Origin: Halocafeteria seosinensis | Taxonomy: Eukaryota | Assembly: GCA_001687465.1 (NCBI GenBank) | Contig: LVLI01001229.1 | Span: forward strand, 62,001-98,691 | DNA length: 36,691 nt | Direction of reading: 5' to 3' | In this document: positions 17,201-26,798 of the stretch, piece after piece | Layout: each line of letters starts with the position of its first letter | Numbering within the stretch: position 1 is the first letter of the stretch | The notes under the pieces: model-generated | The model's database searches: none | What the model was told of the DNA's origin: nothing | The model's input: only the letters and a program-made list of their open reading frames with translations | Made by a program: the position numbers and the translations under genes

Positions 17201-20200
17201 GTGTAAATGATGTTTCCAGGGATAAATCCCTTGTGTCCCGTGAGTTCGCAAACGATTCACCGGCCGCTCGCTGCTGTAAAGTCAATATGGATAGCGAGTA
17301 TCTTAATATTGCATTGAACTTGAAAGCACTGAAAGTCGATTCAGAGTTATTCACTGTAAGTCGCTCCTGAGGATACCGCAACACACCCCGGAATGTGCGT
17401 CGGCTGTCGGCACTCACTACCGCGGATGCGGGAGTAAACTCAAGCCAGTTGCCAAACGTTCGGACGTTATCATCCACCACAGACTTCACGACACCAGTTC
17501 GCTGCCCATCGTCCCCGCTAACAGCATCTAATTCAAGAGTAAACGCCCGGGGCATAATAAAGACTGACTGCTCGTCTACATTCAGTACGTCCCACTGTAC
17601 GACCAATTCATCGTTAGGTCCAAGCACTGCTTCGACGGGCCGTTCGGGGCATACAAACACGGATGTTATTAAGAGACTTAAGCGCACCCAAAATCGTTGA
17701 CCAGTGAACCTACCAGTTGGCACAGCAGGGGGGCTATCCGAAAAGGCATCCTGCGCCTCACCGCTTCGGGAGTCTGTTTCAACAAATAACCAAGCCTCAA
17801 ACAGCCCAGAGCTGTTAACATTGTTAGGCACCATTTCCAAGGTAATGAGGGTTTGTTGTTCCGTGCTCTCCTCCACTGTCCCCGTCGAAGGAAGAGTTCC
17901 ACCGGTCGGTCTCACCCAAAAGGATGAGACGCCCCCACCGCTAACTTCATTGCCTGCATTAGTAAACAGCCGAGTCCGCCAGTTTACAATGAAGTCACCT
18001 CCATTCGACACCAACACTGACCGCGACTGTGCTGCATCCGCAAAACTCATTTGCACATCAATAACATCCTGCAACATTTCCAAATCTCCTTCTCGAACTC
18101 GTAATGATATGGCCACTTGCAGGACGGTGGACACGTCCAGCCCAATTTCGGACACTGTGACCTCGACAAAGGATTCCAGCAAACCTTGTGACGCTTGTTC
18201 TATGTCAAAGCCAAGAACCATCTCTAGCGAAACAGAACTGTTGCCAGAAGTTCCCGATGCCGGCAGAATGGCAACGTTGTCCAAATCACTTGGATTACTC
18301 CATACGTAGCGCTGGTTCGCCTCCATACTCAAAATCACAGAGCGCTGTATCACATTGGAAGCATTGATTCCAGATCCATTTCTTCCCTCGTCAATAGATA
18401 AAGACTGGGGTTGGACTGATACATCCAAATCAGTAGTTGCGACAACTTCGGAGATACCAACCGACATAGACTGACTCGCGGAAGTAATTTCTTCTCCTTC
18501 AACACTAATAGGAAATGTCATTGGAACGAGAACTCGGGGATCATCATCCAGCTGCCGCTTCCTTGATGAAGCCGCCTTTTCACGAAGTAGGGGAAGCTGA
18601 GCTGCGATATACGTCGAGGCATTTTGGTGAAAGAAGAGTCGAACTTCGTACTCCAATGATCTACACGACGTAGAGGAAGCACGCGTCGAACTGTCGCAGG
18701 AGGTATTTGAAACTAACACCGCCCGTTGGATGAGCGGGAGTGGTAGGTCCAAATTCGTTCCCACATATTGACTCTGACAACCGGAGTAGACAACTTCGTT
18801 CTCTCCTTCAGCAGTTGCCATAGAGCTACATGCTAAACCAATTTCAGCTGGAAGATCGTGTGCACTTTGTACGATAAGCAATGCACTAGTGCCTACAAAC
18901 GTAGTAGTATTCACGCTCTGACGTTTAAATTCTGTTTCTCCAGTCTCGCGGAAGATAGCGCTGACACAGTTGAATGGGTTGCCACTCCCACAGGCCGAGG
19001 ATGCTACTTCCCCTTCTGTTAAGTTTCGGAAGACGTTTGAGGGTGTCATCGTCGGGGTCACTGTACTGGTTGGTGACGAAGTTATGCTAGCAGTTGGGGA
19101 GACTGTTGGAGTGACCGTAGGAGTTCGTGTGCCTGTTGCACTAGACGTTACCGTCCGCGTTGGGGTAGATGATGATGAAGAAGTAGTACTTGCGGTTGGT
19201 GAGACGGTGGACGTTCCTGTGGCGGTTTGGGTAAGCGTTGCGCTGGGCGTTGCGGTAGNNCTCTCTGAAGATGTCGGGGTTGATGTAACGCTACCAGTAT
19301 ACGAAGGAGTAGGCGAAACCGAAGGAGTAGGCGAAACCGAAGGACTTGAACTAGAAGAGGGTGACACTGTAACAGAAGCCGTGGGGCTACTGGAAGGGCT
19401 CGCTGCCACCTCCGACAGTTGAAAACGGAGAATGGGAGGCTCTTGTGTATCGTTCACAGCCCAAACTTCATGAGACCAACGACGAGTGCCGTTAAAATGA
19501 TACAATTTGCCAAGTATGTCGGATAGATCTCCAGAATTGCCCACTTGATCAATAGAAGTCCCTGTTTCATGAGACAGCGCTCTGCGTCCAGTTCCACTAG
19601 CCCCCACGATACTGACGCTGCCGTTTTGCGAATCATAGACAGAGAACTCAATAAGAACGCGATCACCTCCAGACACCCGTGCAATAAGGCCAGCACTGAA
19701 GTCAGGTTGCAGCACTTTACCGGCAGCATAGACGTTTCCAAGGGTAATGTTGCCAGAGCCTCCAACATCGGCTCCGCAGATACCACCAGTTGATTCTCCA
19801 CTGATTGCCCCAGTTGTATACGAATTCCGTATTTCCACTTGGCCACTGGTTAAGCCACCGCAAAGGCCGCCACTATATTGCCCCAGTATATCTCCAGTAG
19901 AAAAGCACTCCGATACTAGGACTTTACCAAGATCGTATCCACCCTCAATACCAGTTAAACCACCACTGTCGGAACCATACGCATCGCCTGAAGTGTAAGT
20001 CCGATGAATCAACACCGCACCTCTGGAACCTGCCCGCTCTCCACAGATTCCTCCGCTACCGTAGCCAGTGATCCGTCCAGTTGAATAACTGTCACTGATG
20101 AAAATCATTCCCCCGTTACTTCCGGCGCGTGCACCAGCAAGTCCGCCTGCGTAATCTCCTTTGATTTCTCCGGTAGACGAGCAGTTCAATATGATTACAC

Positions 20201-23200
20201 TGCCAGAACCGGCGCCACAATCCTCACCGCAAATTCCTCCAGCACGGTCCATGATGCTACCGCTAGTCATACAAGAGTCAATTATTGCGTTGGTTTGCCC
20301 TTCCTGCATTATAAATGCACCACCCACACTCGTCGAGCCGTGGAGGATGATCAAACGTGTAATAAATGCAGGTCCGGTATTCGCTCCTTCGCTGCTAACG
20401 TTGGTGCGAAATATCCCTCCAAACTCGCTCGTCCCAGAGAAATCGATTTCGAAATAACCCCCGTCAAACGTTTCGTTGTCAAACAAAGTAATGTGGAAAG
20501 CATCCTCGTATTCGTCTTGGGCAACGAAACTACACACCATAGTAAACAATTTGAAGCCCTCGTCGTATTCGAAGCAACGCTCATTTCCTGCGATGATGGA
20601 GTCTCTCAAATCCGTCGATCCCTTAGAAGCGTGCCCCTTGCTATCCAGTTGATACTGAAAGATTGGGAAATCATCTGAGCCATTAACAGCCCAAACATCA
20701 TTGGACCACCGTTGAATACCTCCAAAATGATACAGTTTACCGCGAATGTCACTCAATTGACCAGAAATTCCCTGTGCCACAGAAATAAGGCCACTGTTAG
20801 ATCCAGCGATGCTGACGGACCCGTTTTGGGAATCGAACACAGAGTATCGGATTTCCACAGCATTCACCTCCGNCGCAAGGCCGCCGAATATACCGCCACT
20901 CCCGCGAGACATAAACACAAATCCTGACGAGTATACGTTTCTTACATATACACTCCCAAGACTAGCGATGTCTGACCCAAAAATCCCTCCCGAAGACATT
21001 CCTTTTATTGCGCCCACCGAATAGCAATCCTTAATAAAAAGAACCCCATCACTGCTTCCAGCAAACGCACCCGTAATTCCTCCACTAGAATCAGCGTCGA
21101 CATTTCCCGTCGAAAAGCACTCCGAAACATTGACCCTGCCATCCCCATACGCAACTGAATCTCCCACGATCCCACCACCGTATGCACCCATAATATCACC
21201 AAGCGAGTAAGATTTCTTCACTATCACCCCACCGCTTTGTCCCGCACTATGTCCCAGTATCCCACCCGCGGACAAACCTGAAATTGCTCCGTCTGACCAG
21301 CAGCTTACGACTTCTGAAAACATACCATATTCACTAAAATAACTCCCTGCAATGCCGCCAGCTCCCCAACCTTGAATATCACCCCTCGAATTTGACTGGG
21401 AGATGCGGATTATTCCGCCAACTCCACATCGAGAGCCACAAATACCACCACCCTCGTCATTAATGATACCAGTGCTACTGCACTTGTCTACCCAAATGCC
21501 GGATTGACCAGACTGAACGATGAATCCTCCGCGAACACCAGTGCTTCCTGCTTTTACATGAACACGGCGAATCTGAACTACTTTCTCCATGGACGTTACG
21601 TTTCCTTCCACACGAAACAAACCATCAAATGCAAACACACCATCTAGATCAATAATATGGTCATGGCCTTGGAACACTTCTTCGGGAAATAAAGTGACGA
21701 AGGCGGTTGAATCGTAGAAATCCCTCCAACGAAAATCGCACGTTAGTTGAAATTCATCAAATGTTGCATTATATACAAAACACGGCTCATTCCCGGATAT
21801 GATGGAGTCTCGAAGTTCCCCGCCTTGAATAAATGAGGGGAGGTCTAATTGGAATCGAAGAATCGGGAGTCCGTTGGAGGAATTCACGGCCCAAGTTTCA
21901 GCTGACCACCGCTGCACTCCACCGTAATGATACAGCGTACCCGATATATCTGACAGCGAACCGGAGATACCTTCAACTAGAGTAACGAAATCGCCATTGG
22001 CGCCGGCCAAATTGACACTGCCATTTTGTGAATCGAAGACGGAATAGCGTACTTCGACATCATTTACCAGTGACGCAAGGCTACCAAAGATGCCTCCACT
22101 ATCGGTGGTTTTGATGACTTCGCCAGATGCGTACACGTTGTCGACAAAGACGCTACCGAAGTCCCCCGCGTAAGCACCTACAATTCCCCCGCTCGAAAGT
22201 TGATGGATGGTACCAGTGGAGTAACAATCTCGAATGTTGACCACGCCGTCAGAACTCGCAGCGAAAGCACCCAGGATCCCACCACTAGAATCAGCATCAA
22301 TGTCACCCGTAGAATAACACTCAGAAATGTTCACGTGACCATGATCATATGCAACGGAATCACCGGCGATACCACCACTATATGCCCCGGTAATAATCCC
22401 CGTTGAAAAGCACCTTGCCAAGGTAAGAGACCCACTTTGGCCAGCACTAAATCCAACCACTCCTCCGGAAGAAGCTCCGAGAATACCGCCTCTAGATGAA
22501 CAATCTACAATTTCACCTACGATGTTGAATTCACCTACGTAGCTTCCAGCTATTCCACCAGCTCCCCATCCAGCGATTTCACCGCTGGATGATGACACAG
22601 ATATACGCAGAAACCCGCTACTCCCGCATCGCGAACCACAGATACCCCCGCCTTCTTCGTTGATCACACCGGTGCTACTGCATCTGACTATTGATACAGC
22701 AGACTGACCAGCCTGGACAATAAAACCTCCCCCAATACTCGTGGTCCCCCCATGGGTATGGACATTCCAGATCTGAACTGCCTCTTCCATGGAGGTTACA
22801 TTTCCTTCGATCCGAAACAAGCCGTCAAAATCGAACACATCTGCTAGTTCAATGATGTGGTCATGGCCTTCAAAGACTTCCCCGGGAAATATAGTAATGA
22901 AAGCTTTCGCCTCGTAATAGTCGCTCCATCGGAAACTGCATGTCATTCGAAATTCCTCGCGGGTAGCATTGTACACGAGGCATGGTTCGCTACCTTCGAT
23001 CACTGATTCTCGTAAATCGCCGCCTCGAAGGAGCGTCTCTTCGCCTAACTGGAACCTGAGTATCGGTAAATCACTCGAACCATTCACAACCCATATATCA
23101 CTGGACCAACGTTGTTCTCCATCAAAATGATATAAAGTTCCTTGGATATCAGACAAGTCCCCAGATAACCCTTTGGAAAATGTTACCGTCCCACTGCTAG

Positions 23201-26200
23201 ATGGACTAACGATATCGACACTACCGTTTTGGGAATGGAATACTGAATACCGAATCTCAACTGCATTCACTCCGGATGAAATACTACCAAACATGGCACC
23301 AGCATCATCAGGATTAGTGACCACGCCAGATGCATAAATATTCTCCACGAACACACTGCCGATATCCCCTGCATAAGACCCAACAATTCCTCCAGTAGAA
23401 AACTCACTGATCAGTCCGGTAGAATAGCAATCCCGTATACGGACGACTCCATCGGAACTCCCGGCAAAACTACCGACCAGTCCACCACTCCCGCTTGCCT
23501 GGATATCACCGGTCGTAAAGCATTCCGTGACGTTTACTACACCGCTATCGTACGCAGCAAAGGCCCCCACAATTCCACCGCTATCTGTACCAGTTATGTT
23601 ACTATGGGAAAACGATTTTCTCACAGAGAGAAATCCGTTACGACCGGCGCTATCACCCACAATCCCTCCGGCAGACGACCCCGCAATGGTTCCTTGAGAC
23701 CAACAATCCACAATAGATCCCAGAATATTGAATTCACCAGTGTAGCTTCCAGCAATTCCACCTGCACCCCAACCCGCAATTTCACCACTTGAAAATGACT
23801 TTGAGATTTGAAACAGACCACCAGACCCACATCGTGAGCCACAGATGCCTCCACCCTCGTCGTTTATCACACCAGAGCTACTACATCTGTTCACTACAAC
23901 GCCAGATTGCCCAGATTGAACAATGAAGCCTCCCCCAATACTCGTGCTTCCTCCTCGCGTGTGTACATTCCAGATTTCAACAGCCTCTTCTTTGGAAGTT
24001 ATATTCTCTTCAATACGGAACAAACCATCAAATGCAAACACATCTGTTAGATCAATCACATGGTCGTGACCCTGGAAGGTCTCCCCCGCTAGCAAACTGA
24101 TGAATGCCCCGGAATCATAATAGTCACTCCAAAGGAAATCGCACGTTAGTCGGAATTCTCTACTTGTACCATTGTGCGTGAAACACGGCTCGCTTCCTTC
24201 AATGATTGATTGTCGTAAATCGTTACTTCGTATTTGAGTTTGTTCTTCCACTTGAAACCGCAGTATTGGTAACTCGTTCGTACCATTCACGGCCCAGATG
24301 TCGTCCGACCATCGTTGCTTTCCCTCAAAATGATACAAATTCCCTTGAATATCAGATAAATCACCCGAAACCCCTTTCAAAATGGTTATAGAGCTACCAT
24401 TGGCGCCAGCTAAGTTGACAGTGGCATTCTGCGAATCGAAAACTGAGTACCTCACTTCGAAGTCGTTGACAATGGATGCGATACTACCAAACAAACCGCC
24501 ACTGTCGGTAGGGTGTATAACTATCCCAGAGGCGTACACGTTTGATACGAAAACGCTTCCGGTGTCTCCGGCGCTTGAACCAATGATTCCACCAGCACGC
24601 ATCCCGGCTATGGTGCCCACTGAATAGCAATCACCAACGCGAACCTCCCCTTCAAAGGATCCCGCAAAACTACCCACAAGTCCTCCGCTGGCTTGGCCGC
24701 TGATATCACCTGTTGAGAAGCACTGTGAAACGTTAACACTACCCGCATCATACCCAGCTGAATAACCCACAACTCCACCAGCATCCGTGCTGTTGATGAG
24801 ACCAGTCGAATACGACCTAGAAACAGTAAGCGAGCCACGCTGAGCAGCGTTTGAGCCCGCTATCCCGGCAGCAGAGTAACCCGTGATAGCTCCACTAGAC
24901 GAGCAGTCCATTATTTCTGCAAAACCGCCGATTTGTCCTGCATAGCTTCCAATGATTCCTCCAGCTCCGTACCCACGGATCTCCCCGGATGATGAGGAAC
25001 TTGATATTTTTATGTAACCCTCAGAGCCACATTCAGTGCCACAAATTCCGCCACCATGGTCTTTAATTAGTCCAGAGGAGCTGCAGCTATCGATCCACAC
25101 TTGCGATTGCCCAGACTGGACGATGAACCCCCCTCCAACGCTCGTAGTTCCACCTTCAGTATGTACGTGCAGGATTTGAACACTCTCGAAGGAAGAGGAG
25201 GCGTTTTGGGTCACTTGAAAGAGGCCGTCAAAGTCAAACACACCAGATAAGTCTATAACATGGTCGTGTCCGTCAAACGTTTCGTTCTTCTTTAGAGAAA
25301 TATACGTGCTTCTTGTATAGTATTCACTCCAGGCAAAACTGCAGGTCATTGTGAACAACTGAAGAGCGGAGTGGTATTCGAAACACGGCTCATTCCCGGC
25401 AATAATGTTTTCTCGAATGTCCCCTCCCTCAAGGCTACTCTCAGACAGTTGGAACTGCAGAATTGGTAGCTCATTGACATCAATGACTGCCCATACCTCA
25501 CTCGACCACCGAAGCGAGCCACCATGGTGGTAAAGACTGCCTCTGATGTCGCTCAGATTGCCCGAATTTCCTTGGAGTTGCGTAGATGCCTCAGGGTATT
25601 GTCCCACAATATCTATTAGTCCTCCCAAGGAGTCATATACCGAGTAGCTGATCTCTACTTCCACGGGTGGCTCTATTACCGCTACACTACCCACGATACC
25701 GCCACTACTCGCTTCTTCTTCCACATATCCGGAGGCATACGTGTTTCGAACAGTAACATGTCCATTTTTCTTTCCAGTACCCCTGCCGAGTATACCTCCG
25801 CACCTATGGCCTCTAATAGCGCCCGTGGAATAGGAATCCACGACCTTAAACTCGCCGCCGTCGTATGCAACATCGGCTCCCGCGATTCCACCACTGTTAT
25901 TTCCTAGTATTTTCCCCTCAGAGAAGCACGTAGAGATATTAACGAAACCAGAGTAAGCAGCTGCGCGGTATCCTATAATGCCACCCGCACCTTCTGCGTA
26001 CACATCTCCCGAGGAAGAGCAGCGCTCCACAATAAGGCTGCCAAGATTCTGGCCGCCACCAGCGCCGATGATTCCTCCTGACCTTGGTCCGTGCAATACT
26101 CCTGTAGACTGACAGTCTTCCACAAGAATAACACCTCCATTGTCTCCAGTCAAATCACCACATATACCACCTGAGCGTTTTCCTTTTAGAGCTCCACTAA

Positions 26201-26798
26201 AGGATGTTCTTCGTATCCAAAGAAAGCCATTATCCGCTCCACATCTGCTTCCAGTGATTCCGCCACCACTGGTAGTAACAATTCCGGACGAGCTACAAGA
26301 ATCTATTGCGGCAAACTGCTGCCCTAATTGAAGAAGGAATCCCCCAAATTGTTTGGTCCTACCACCCTTCATATGAACTCGTTGAATCAAGGGTGCGTCC
26401 TCAAATAAAGCGATACTTTCCACAGATGCATTGATCCTGATTAATCCTTCGAACGCGGTAGCGCCTTGGAGGTCTACTTCGTGGTCGTTACCGTCAAATG
26501 TTTCTCCCGCTCGCAGAGATATGAAAGTGCGGTTGTCATAGCCGTGATCAACCCAGTTGAAGCTGCATACCATTTCAAATAAGTTGTCTTCCTCGGTGTA
26601 GTTGAAACACGGTTCTTGACCTTCAATAATTGTATCCCGTAGGTCTTCAGGTCCACTGGAAGGCAAAGGCGTGGCGGTGGGGGATGGACTCATCGTCGGT
26701 GTCATTGAAGGAGTTTCACTAGGACTCGGACTAGGGGTTGTCGTCAAAGCATCCGACACGCAAAGCAACGAAACTAGCAGTATGATCATCTGAAACAT
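14235..26798 (-). CDS. Gene B, complete giant cell-surface multi-pass membrane protein (~4187 aa): signal peptide, 6 tandem GLUG-like modules, mucin stalk, conserved core, Cys-rich region, ~9-TM domain, cytoplasmic tail
   Basis: Uninterrupted ORF. The first in-frame ATG (26798) opens a typical signal peptide MFQMIILLVSLLCVSDA; an upstream in-frame TGA lies at 26961-26963; stop TAA at 14235-14237. Contains ambiguous bases at 19259-19260 and 20873. Confidence 0.93.
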   Translation of the reverse strand: MFQMIILLVSLLCVSDALTTTPSPSPSETPSMTPTMSPSPTATPLPSSGPEDLRDTIIEGQEPCFNYTEEDNLFEMVCSFNWVDHGYDNRTFISLRAGETFDGNDHEVDLQGATAFEGLIRINASVESIALFEDAPLIQRVHMKGGRTKQFGGFLLQLGQQFAAIDSCSSSGIVTTSGGGITGSRCGADNGFLWIRRTSFSGALKGKRSGGICGDLTGDNGGVILVEDCQSTGVLHGPRSGGIIGAGGGQNLGSLIVERCSSSGDVYAEGAGGIIGYRAAAYSGFVNISTCFSEGKILGNNSGGIAGADVAYDGGEFKVVDSYSTGAIRGHRCGGILGRGTGKKNGHVTVRNTYASGYVEEEASSGGIVGSVAVIEPPVEVEISYSVYDSLGGLIDIVGQYPEASTQLQGNSGNLSDIRGSLYHHGGSLRWSSEVWAVIDVNELPILQFQLSESSLEGGDIRENIIAGNEPCFEYHSALQLFTMTCSFAWSEYYTRSTYISLKKNETFDGHDHVIDLSGVFDFDGLFQVTQNASSSFESVQILHVHTEGGTTSVGGGFIVQSGQSQVWIDSCSSSGLIKDHGGGICGTECGSEGYIKISSSSSSGEIRGYGAGGIIGSYAGQIGGFAEIMDCSSSGAITGYSAAGIAGSNAAQRGSLTVSRSYSTGLINSTDAGGVVGYSAGYDAGSVNVSQCFSTGDISGQASGGLVGSFAGSFEGEVRVGDCYSVGTIAGMRAGGIIGSSAGDTGSVFVSNVYASGIVIHPTDSGGLFGSIASIVNDFEVRYSVFDSQNATVNLAGANGSSITILKGVSGDLSDIQGNLYHFEGKQRWSDDIWAVNGTNELPILRFQVEEQTQIRSNDLRQSIIEGSEPCFTHNGTSREFRLTCDFLWSDYYDSGAFISLLAGETFQGHDHVIDLTDVFAFDGLFRIEENITSKEEAVEIWNVHTRGGSTSIGGGFIVQSGQSGVVVNRCSSSGVINDEGGGICGSRCGSGGLFQISKSFSSGEIAGWGAGGIAGSYTGEFNILGSIVDCWSQGTIAGSSAGGIVGDSAGRNGFLSVRKSFSHSNITGTDSGGIVGAFAAYDSGVVNVTECFTTGDIQASGSGGLVGSFAGSSDGVVRIRDCYSTGLISEFSTGGIVGSYAGDIGSVFVENIYASGVVTNPDDAGAMFGSISSGVNAVEIRYSVFHSQNGSVDIVSPSSSGTVTFSKGLSGDLSDIQGTLYHFDGEQRWSSDIWVVNGSSDLPILRFQLGEETLLRGGDLRESVIEGSEPCLVYNATREEFRMTCSFRWSDYYEAKAFITIFPGEVFEGHDHIIELADVFDFDGLFRIEGNVTSMEEAVQIWNVHTHGGTTSIGGGFIVQAGQSAVSIVRCSSTGVINEEGGGICGSRCGSSGFLRISVSSSSGEIAGWGAGGIAGSYVGEFNIVGEIVDCSSRGGILGASSGGVVGFSAGQSGSLTLARCFSTGIITGAYSGGIAGDSVAYDHGHVNISECYSTGDIDADSSGGILGAFAASSDGVVNIRDCYSTGTIHQLSSGGIVGAYAGDFGSVFVDNVYASGEVIKTTDSGGIFGSLASLVNDVEVRYSVFDSQNGSVNLAGANGDFVTLVEGISGSLSDISGTLYHYGGVQRWSAETWAVNSSNGLPILRFQLDLPSFIQGGELRDSIISGNEPCFVYNATFDEFQLTCDFRWRDFYDSTAFVTLFPEEVFQGHDHIIDLDGVFAFDGLFRVEGNVTSMEKVVQIRRVHVKAGSTGVRGGFIVQSGQSGIWVDKCSSTGIINDEGGGICGSRCGVGGIIRISQSNSRGDIQGWGAGGIAGSYFSEYGMFSEVVSCWSDGAISGLSAGGILGHSAGQSGGVIVKKSYSLGDIMGAYGGGIVGDSVAYGDGRVNVSECFSTGNVDADSSGGITGAFAGSSDGVLFIKDCYSVGAIKGMSSGGIFGSDIASLGSVYVRNVYSSGFVFMSRGSGGIFGGLAXEVNAVEIRYSVFDSQNGSVSIAGSNSGLISVAQGISGQLSDIRGKLYHFGGIQRWSNDVWAVNGSDDFPIFQYQLDSKGHASKGSTDLRDSIIAGNERCFEYDEGFKLFTMVCSFVAQDEYEDAFHITLFDNETFDGGYFEIDFSGTSEFGGIFRTNVSSEGANTGPAFITRLIILHGSTSVGGAFIMQEGQTNAIIDSCMTSGSIMDRAGGICGEDCGAGSGSVIILNCSSTGEIKGDYAGGLAGARAGSNGGMIFISDSYSTGRITGYGSGGICGERAGSRGAVLIHRTYTSGDAYGSDSGGLTGIEGGYDLGKVLVSECFSTGDILGQYSGGLCGGLTSGQVEIRNSYTTGAISGESTGGICGADVGGSGNITLGNVYAAGKVLQPDFSAGLIARVSGGDRVLIEFSVYDSQNGSVSIVGASGTGRRALSHETGTSIDQVGNSGDLSDILGKLYHFNGTRRWSHEVWAVNDTQEPPILRFQLSEVAASPSSSPTASVTVSPSSSSSPSVSPTPSVSPTPSYTGSVTSTPTSSEXXTATPSATLTQTATGTSTVSPTASTTSSSSSTPTRTVTSSATGTRTPTVTPTVSPTASITSSPTSTVTPTMTPSNVFRNLTEGEVASSACGSGNPFNCVSAIFRETGETEFKRQSVNTTTFVGTSALLIVQSAHDLPAEIGLACSSMATAEGENEVVYSGCQSQYVGTNLDLPLPLIQRAVLVSNTSCDSSTRASSTSCRSLEYEVRLFFHQNASTYIAAQLPLLREKAASSRKRQLDDDPRVLVPMTFPISVEGEEITSASQSMSVGISEVVATTDLDVSVQPQSLSIDEGRNGSGINASNVIQRSVILSMEANQRYVWSNPSDLDNVAILPASGTSGNSSVSLEMVLGFDIEQASQGLLESFVEVTVSEIGLDVSTVLQVAISLRVREGDLEMLQDVIDVQMSFADAAQSRSVLVSNGGDFIVNWRTRLFTNAGNEVSGGGVSSFWVRPTGGTLPSTGTVEESTEQQTLITLEMVPNNVNSSGLFEAWLFVETDSRSGEAQDAFSDSPPAVPTGRFTGQRFWVRLSLLITSVFVCPERPVEAVLGPNDELVVQWDVLNVDEQSVFIMPRAFTLELDAVSGDDGQRTGVVKSVVDDNVRTFGNWLEFTPASAVVSADSRRTFRGVLRYPQERLTVNNSESTFSAFKFNAILRYSLSILTLQQRAAGESFANSRDTRDLSLETSFTPGSANRKNSQIVPRTSSGFVNERIQIDVILADVFGHKPARALFSGETIRIGNGDHPYLTVVVDTVGSDITDSSIRRTFPLRMQEGDEIGSFSFFVTFKEQGQASLNVRLNNASIENTDILLQTETVTCPKNEVPNELGSECLCKAGYSRQTLEETDGGDRSCVPCPAGRFLAGASNEENCDPCPSEHFSIEGSDVCVPCPSAGFECFKGQLLMQDGFWCEVCAVDSPLRPKNQTAKLFIVEQLENDQNVRLHECEPPSACIVNNTHFLTKCSGGREGPLCDSCQKDFVKTEDECLECRDKRRNQAVVALWGIVAVSILAGLNIREFKRASTQEEHHDDVEDKDSEISHTSITPSEVQVYTDKVSEESIKTEGVMDPVSYLQLVVLFGMDYLQISSILGELQYTPFLGDARWYQEFSRLFLMDPTRPDAFRCVSGVEFFSLTLISLLSPWLIVFASQWIQFVIHATTRGQRMSCGQAFKSSLNPIAILLGQIHTATTMAVVNIYNVYPYEVFGEQRLRADLSVTTTDAGYTVLAIVAGFTLATIVLGFPIFLIIYLTWKHKAATTPRRRHDFLNNIDGFRVRNHGYLWPAIEILRKSVLLLLAFLVTNAFHQVVAVAAVLVVFMIVAAMILPYKLESPLNKLEMAKSLCIAVTAGLGLLRHSVDDAEEEETVDYVVLFVQIAMVMALVTAFVIVFIAACRTTINNLEAWLNSKRWCSRCRCDGRQTKVISSRRISHIAPTGDQTEEIFIADDTQNKGRRNSTGTSAFPEGSYATNAESKRRYSCSQRQYANGEHSDEDSPQGDQKSTPFGSRAARSKNRRASNNSAVHPEELLATEIRAGEGKRRRSSLPSRVEHVAVNVQSRTNDQWAPPVESRRKSYATTTSHQTEAKSIPESEFKRPKGVSRRSVDAGVRELELERLKTERLDNALSEQKSSKEEIEGEQHENKLEGGVGSEEESKSEQRDATAADVASDESVEEEYFDNDHAESK
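15110..16290 (-). other. ~9-helix transmembrane domain of gene B
   Basis: AVVALWGIVAVSILAGLNI ... DYLQI ... RLRADLSV ... LGFP ... YLWPAIEILRK ... LPYK ... LNKLE. Confidence 0.75.
16311..16820 (-). other. Cys-rich ephrin-receptor-like region of gene B
   Basis: CPKNEVPN...CLCKAGY...CVPCPAGRF...CDPCPSEHFS...GREGPLCDSC. Confidence 0.8.
19038..19410 (-). repeat. Ser/Thr/Pro mucin-like stalk of gene B (~125 aa), including a perfect 18-bp tandem repeat
   Basis: GAAGGAGTAGGCGAAACC occurs twice (19303-19338) plus a partial copy to 19344, encoding PSVSPT repeats; 'nn' at 19259-19260. Confidence 0.85.
19416..26648 (-). repeat. Array of six ~1.2-kb GLUG-like modules in gene B
   Basis: M1 25446-26648, M2 24249-25421, M3 23046-24221, M4 21846-23018, M5 20646-21818, M6 19416-20612. 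End-to-end spacings are 1197, 1203, 1200, 1200 and 1230 bp. Each starts (D/E)(L/I)RxxIIxGxExC and ends RWS..W...PI..(F/Y)Q. Confidence 0.9.
26748..26798 (-). other. Predicted signal peptide of gene B
   Basis: MFQMIILLVSLLCVSDA|LTTTPSPSP: hydrophobic core, S-x-A cleavage context, followed by a P/S/T linker. Confidence 0.8.

Noticed and set aside
19416..26648. Regular ~1.2-kb periodicity as a CRISPR-like array, satellite or assembly artefact
   Set aside because: The units are in-frame, substantially diverged protein modules, with no short identical repeat/spacer structure and no near-identical copies.
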